DNA from: Azolla caroliniana
Lineage: Eukaryota > Plantae > Polypodiophyta
Assembly (NCBI GenBank): GCA_043228905.1
Contig: JBHGNT010000002.1
Location: 8,990,001 to 9,054,000 of the forward strand
Direction of reading: 5' to 3'
Length of the DNA stretch: 64,000 nucleotides
The position numbers and the translations under genes are program-made. Below are positions 59,353-64,000 of the stretch, piece by piece. Every line of letters begins with the position of its first letter. The first letter of the stretch is position 1. The notes under the pieces were generated by a model that saw only the letters and a program-made list of their open reading frames with translations, was not told where the DNA came from and did no database searches.

Positions 59353-60828
59353 ACGTGCTATAGCCATCATGAGTTTTTGGTTATGCCTTTTGGTTTGACC
59401 AATGCTCCGACCACATTTCAATAAGAAATGAATGACATTTTCCGAGAACAACTTGGAAAATTTGTCATTATTTTTTTGGATGATATTCTAGTTTATAGTC
59501 GTACATTAGAAGAACATGCTAAACATGTCTTCTTTGTTTTAAAAACATTGCACAACAAGCAATTCTACGCGAAGATCTCAAAATGCAAGTTCTTCAAGAA
59601 ATCAATTACTTATCTTGGACATCTCATAACCGAACGAGGAGTTGAAATTGATCCTTCTCGCATCGAGAAAATTAAACTTTGGCCCACTCTTCAGAATATT
59701 CGAGAAGTTCGATCATTCCTTAGTTTTGTCAGGTTTTTGCGAAAATCCCTTCGTAATTACTCCCAATTGACGACATCGTTTACTGATCTTCTAAAAGGTC
59801 AAACACGCAAGTCTACAAAACCTATTGTGTGAAATGCTACACTAGACCTCACCTTTAAGGAACTCAAGGACCTGGTGTGGAAGGCTCCGTCGCTTCTTTT
59901 ACCCGATCCTTCAAAACCTTTTGAGGTTGAAACCGATGCAAGCGACTATGCTATAGGTGTTGTCTTATATCAAGATGGTAAACCAATAACATTCGAGAGT
60001 AAGAAACTTGATTCTGCTCAATGTCAGTATAACATTCAAGAAAAGGAATTATTTGCAGTTATACATGCGCTCAAAACATGGCGCCATTATCTTTACGGAA
60101 ATCATTTTGTGATAACTCTATTTGAATGCCATGATGCACCCTCTGTAGGGCACCTTGGAATACATCATACACTTGTTCTCATCTCCACTCAATTCTATTG
60201 GCCTAAGATGCGTCCTGACATACATAGTTATGTCACTAAATGTCACCATTGTCAGGTTAACAAAGCCGAGTGACTTAAAGCTGCAGGACTTTTACATCCC
60301 TTGGACATTCCTAATAATAAGTGGGAAAGTATATCCATGGATTTTATTGTTATCCTTCCTCGCACCCAAAAAGGCCATGATGCCATCTGGGTTGTGGTTG
60401 ATAGACTAACTAAAATGGCCAGATTTAATGCTACTAAAACCACGGTAACAGCTCCTGAATTGGCTTACCAATTCGTTGAGGAGTTATTTCATTTTTATGG
60501 GTTACCGATGGATATCATGAGTGATCGAGATTCAAAGTTTACTAGTGACTTCTAGATCCAATTTTTTATGAAGTTAGAAACTACGTTGAGCATGACCTCC
60601 CCGGATCATCCTCAATCTAATGGACAGACAGAACGAGGAAATCAAATTATTGAGGACATGCTTCGAGCATATGTTGGTGCAAAACCAACAAAATGGGAAC
60701 GTTATCTCCCAATTTTGGAGTTTGCTTATAACAGCTCCAAACATACGTCGACGAGATATAGTCCTTTTATGTTGATGTATGGTTTTCAGCCACGAGCCCC
60801 GATTGAGGTTAATATACATCATGATTAA

Positions 60829-62068
60829 GGGTGGTTTTTTGTTATGTGCGCAGTCATTTGGCTCAAAAGGCTACTCAAGGTTCTGCATGTGGAGCTGTCC
60901 ACTCTGACGACGATCTGCTGCGACAACCTTAGTAGCATCCAACTTGCGAAAAACCTTGTATTCCATGCCAGGCCTAAGCACATTGAGGTGCACTACCATT
61001 TTTTATGTTAGCGTGTCCTCTCCGGTGACGTTGAAATAGTGTATGTTCCGACGGGTCGACGGACTGCCGATATTTTCACCAAGCCTCTTAGTCTCGACAA
61101 GTTGCGGCAATTCTCGGGTGCGCTTGGGTTGCGCCACCTCGACGTACCGAACTTGAGGGGGAGACAAGAACAAGAGTGTGAGAGGAGTGGAAGTGATCGT
61201 GATTCCGAGTCGGATGAAGAATTTGATTTTGGGTCGGTTGTAGAAGCCGAAGGAGAAGGAAGGGGCGGCAACCGCAGGGAAGAGCCGAAGATAGCCAAGA
61301 AGGGAGAAAAGGCCAAGACCAAGACTTGGGCGGATGTGGTCAAGGGCCTGAAGATAGAACACAAATTGCAGACAACCAATTCTGGCGAAAGTGGACACGA
61401 ATCAGAAGCGACCGATTTAATCGAAATGTTGGATTCGAACATGCCGAATTAGCTAGAGGCCAAGCGGAGGAAAGGGTAGTGAAAGAGCCGCCAATACCAC
61501 AACAACAAGGGAGCTGAGAAAGGCCGCACGAGCAGATAGGCTGACCGAAAGGGTTGAAGCGCGCGGAATCGAACGGGTCAAGGAGCGCGAGCAAGGTATG
61601 AAGCCAGGAGAAGTCGGAACGAAGATCCGGAAGAGCATGCAGAACCTCAAGTTGAGCTTGAGGGGGAATGTTGAGATACAAGCTCAACATTGGGTGCGTA
61701 AACCGGTTCGTATACCAGTGTGTAGGCTGGGTGCGTAAACCGGGTGCACAACGAGAGGCCGTCGTGGTGCGTAAACCGGGAGGCCGTTGGAAAGATATTC
61801 CGTGGAGGAATATATTTTGGGAGTTAGTGTAGGGGCTCATTGATGAGCATTGAAGTACGTGTTAGTCTGTATGGACTTGTATAAAAGTGCTCTATGAGGA
61901 CATCCTATGTATAGAGTGTTATTTTCTTGGAATAGAACTGTTGTCTGCTTTGTCTCTCTCTCTTCTTTTTCTTCTCTATGTGTTTTCTGTGTTTCACTGA
62001 ACTATCATATTTCCGAACTGTGTACTCTGTGTTTTTTACGCACATGCTTCCGCATGTATTCCTTTACA
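60829..62068 (+). mobile_element. Copia A3 3' end: RNase H, C-terminal extension, PPT and 3' LTR (61669-62068)
   Basis: CDNLSSIQLAKN, KHIEVHYHF, ADIFTKPL; PPT TGAGGGGGAA then TG...CA. Confidence 0.88.
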
Positions 62069-62116
62069 CTATGGTAAATTCTCACCATGGGATATTATAT
62101 GGTCATGCTCATAACA
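62069..62116 (-). repeat. Inverted 48-bp terminal fragment of the LTR family at 50715
   Basis: Reverse complement TGTTATGAGCATGACCATATAATATCCCATGG matches 50715-50757. Confidence 0.7.
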
Positions 62117-63181
62117 ACATAGCCTAGAAATTCCACCTGGTTGCACTCAAAACTACAATTTTCCAGTTTTGCCTAAAGACCATGTTCTCGAAGTCATTTT
62201 AGTACTAACTAGTACATGATAATCATGCTCTTCTTGAGTCTTCGAATAAACTAGTAGATCATCCAAATAGATGATCAAACAAATATTCAAGAGATCTTGG
62301 AATATATCATTTTCCATGTGCCGGAAGATTGTTTGCGCATTGGTGAGACCTAATGGCATAACCATATACTCGAAGTGCCCATATCGGGTGCGAAAAGCGG
62401 TCTTCCATTCATCTCCCGGCCGGATCCGTATGAGGTTATATGCTCCTCGTAAGTCGATCTTTGGGAAGAACTTTGCATCATTAATCCATTCTAAAAGACT
62501 CGAGATAAGGGGAAGTGCATGTACCTATTCGTGATGGTGATCTTATTCAAGCCACGGTAATCCACGAAGAGACAAAGTGAACCATCCTTTTTCTTGACAA
62601 AGATTTCGAATGTCGAATGAACCCGTTTGTCAAATTCTCCTCTATGTAGGCTCGAAGGACTTCTAGCTCGGTTGGTGGCAAGTTGTTGATAGGTCCCCAT
62701 GGTGGCTCTTTCCTTGGTTGTAAATAAATGGGACAATCATACGATCGATAGTGAGGAAGAGTACTGGTTTGTATCTTATCAAACACGTCGGCATAATGAC
62801 AATATTTCTCTAGAGGTTGAACTATGGATTCCTCTTTAGTGGTGTTGGAAGGTTTTACTGAGACTGCGAATACAAACATTGATTCCTTGCCTCCTCCCTC
62901 ACGCAATTCATGTAGCGAAATGGTTGAAATTCGATGAGTAGATCCTCGGGTTTGTCGATACCGAATTTCTCTTGTTTTCCAATCTATGTCTGGGTTATGT
63001 AATTCGAACCATGGTAACCCCAAGACAATTGGATGCTCTGGACTAATAATTATATTAAATGATACTACACACACCAAATTATCTAGGACAACCTGAATCG
63101 ACTCTGACTCTTCTATGATATTTCTGGAAGCAATGGGGTGACCAACAATGACAATTACAGATGCTGGGCAAGGAAGGTTTC
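62117..63181 (-). pseudogene. pol: Old Tcn1-like chromovirus protease-RT remnant
   Basis: HPIVLGLPWFELHNP, IIYLDDLLVYS; colinear with ~40237-41320. Confidence 0.88.
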
Positions 63182-63454
63182 TGACAGGGACTACACGCTC
63201 CCGATGAACAACGCTCGGCCACAACCAAGCTTAGAATCAAACACAGAAAAACGGGAATGAATGCACGACACAATGGAGAGAAGAGTACACAAGATGTTTA
63301 CGTGGAAAACCCAAACACGGGAAAAACCACGACAGTCCACTAACTGCTAACTATCACAATGTAACAATATACAATAGATGAACACAGAGGCAACGACCTC
63401 TTGTTCACTGTCTTCGCCACAAGCGGCGGTTACAACAAAGATACAAACTCTTCG

Positions 63455-63522
<68 letters not shown>

Positions 63523-64000
63523 CTGTTGCGCTCTAATCTTGTGCCAACAAGAATGACAACAACCACTACAACAACATACTCTAAGTTTTCCCTAAGTCAT
63601 ATTTATACTAATATGACTTTTCAGTTATTTACAAATATAGCCCCGATGGACTCTCAGAAAACATATTTACGAATATGTCCCTTCATCCGGTGAGCACTTC
63701 TCACCGGGCCTTCACCATCTAGCTCTTGCCGAGTGCTCATCAACAGGTTCTCACCGGGTCTTCCGTAGCCGGGTACTCCACATCCGGATTCGGCCTCGAC
63801 CTATCGGCCTCGGTCGAGTTTGCTCATCAGTACTGTTCTTCTCACTTCCCATCCGGAGGGACCTGTTTCCTAACAAATTCCCCCTTCACTCCAGCATGGG
63901 ATGTCTTACTAGTCCGATCCGCTTCCGGTATGCATCCAACTTGTCGGGTACCAGTACTTTGGTCAGCATATCTGACCCGTTCTCGGCCATGTGGATCTTC
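63182..64000 (-). mobile_element. Copia B3: 3' LTR (63182-63875), PPT and end of RNase H; runs off the window
   Basis: LTR similar to 33386-34092; SDMLTKVL...ACRKRIG. Confidence 0.92.

Larger units (their letters stand above)
50715..60828 (+). mobile_element. Degraded Met-primed Ty3/Gypsy (chromovirus-like), 3' end deleted
   Basis: 5' LTR 50715-51169; PBS TGGTATTAGAGC 51172-51183; long leader; gag (AAAWWR, CVFCKKKAH), LFDSGSSHNF, FLDDIL, ETDASDY, SMDFIV, SDRDSKF fragments at 56600-60828. Confidence 0.88.

Overview
This window is plant nuclear heterochromatin, made almost entirely of nested transposable elements. I found no host gene, true tRNA/rRNA gene or CRISPR array. The element mix (Tcn1-like chromoviruses, RTEX-like LINE) suggests a non-seed land plant such as a fern; this is inference. 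Contents: six Ty1/Copia copies in two families, a Ty3/Gypsy primed by tRNA-Trp (17036-24461), and two gag-only non-autonomous derivatives of it plus solo LTRs. It also holds an intact self-priming Tcn1-like chromovirus (37521-43211) with an older relative, a Met-primed Gypsy, an RTEX-like LINE and a hAT transposon, nested up to six deep. The main unexpected signal is that LTRs of three different Gypsy-related LTR families carry tRNA-derived Pol III A-box/B-box cassettes. Most keep the canonical 32-nt spacing, lie in U3 and point outward, while the sequence between the boxes has diverged; I saw none in the Copia LTRs. Other signals: the Trp-primed group makes 4-bp, CG-centred target duplications (ACGT three times) and has a covarying terminal hairpin, there are two predicted -1 frameshift sites, and Copia pol has a C-terminal extension with conserved short motifs. 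All coordinates and alignments were read by eye.
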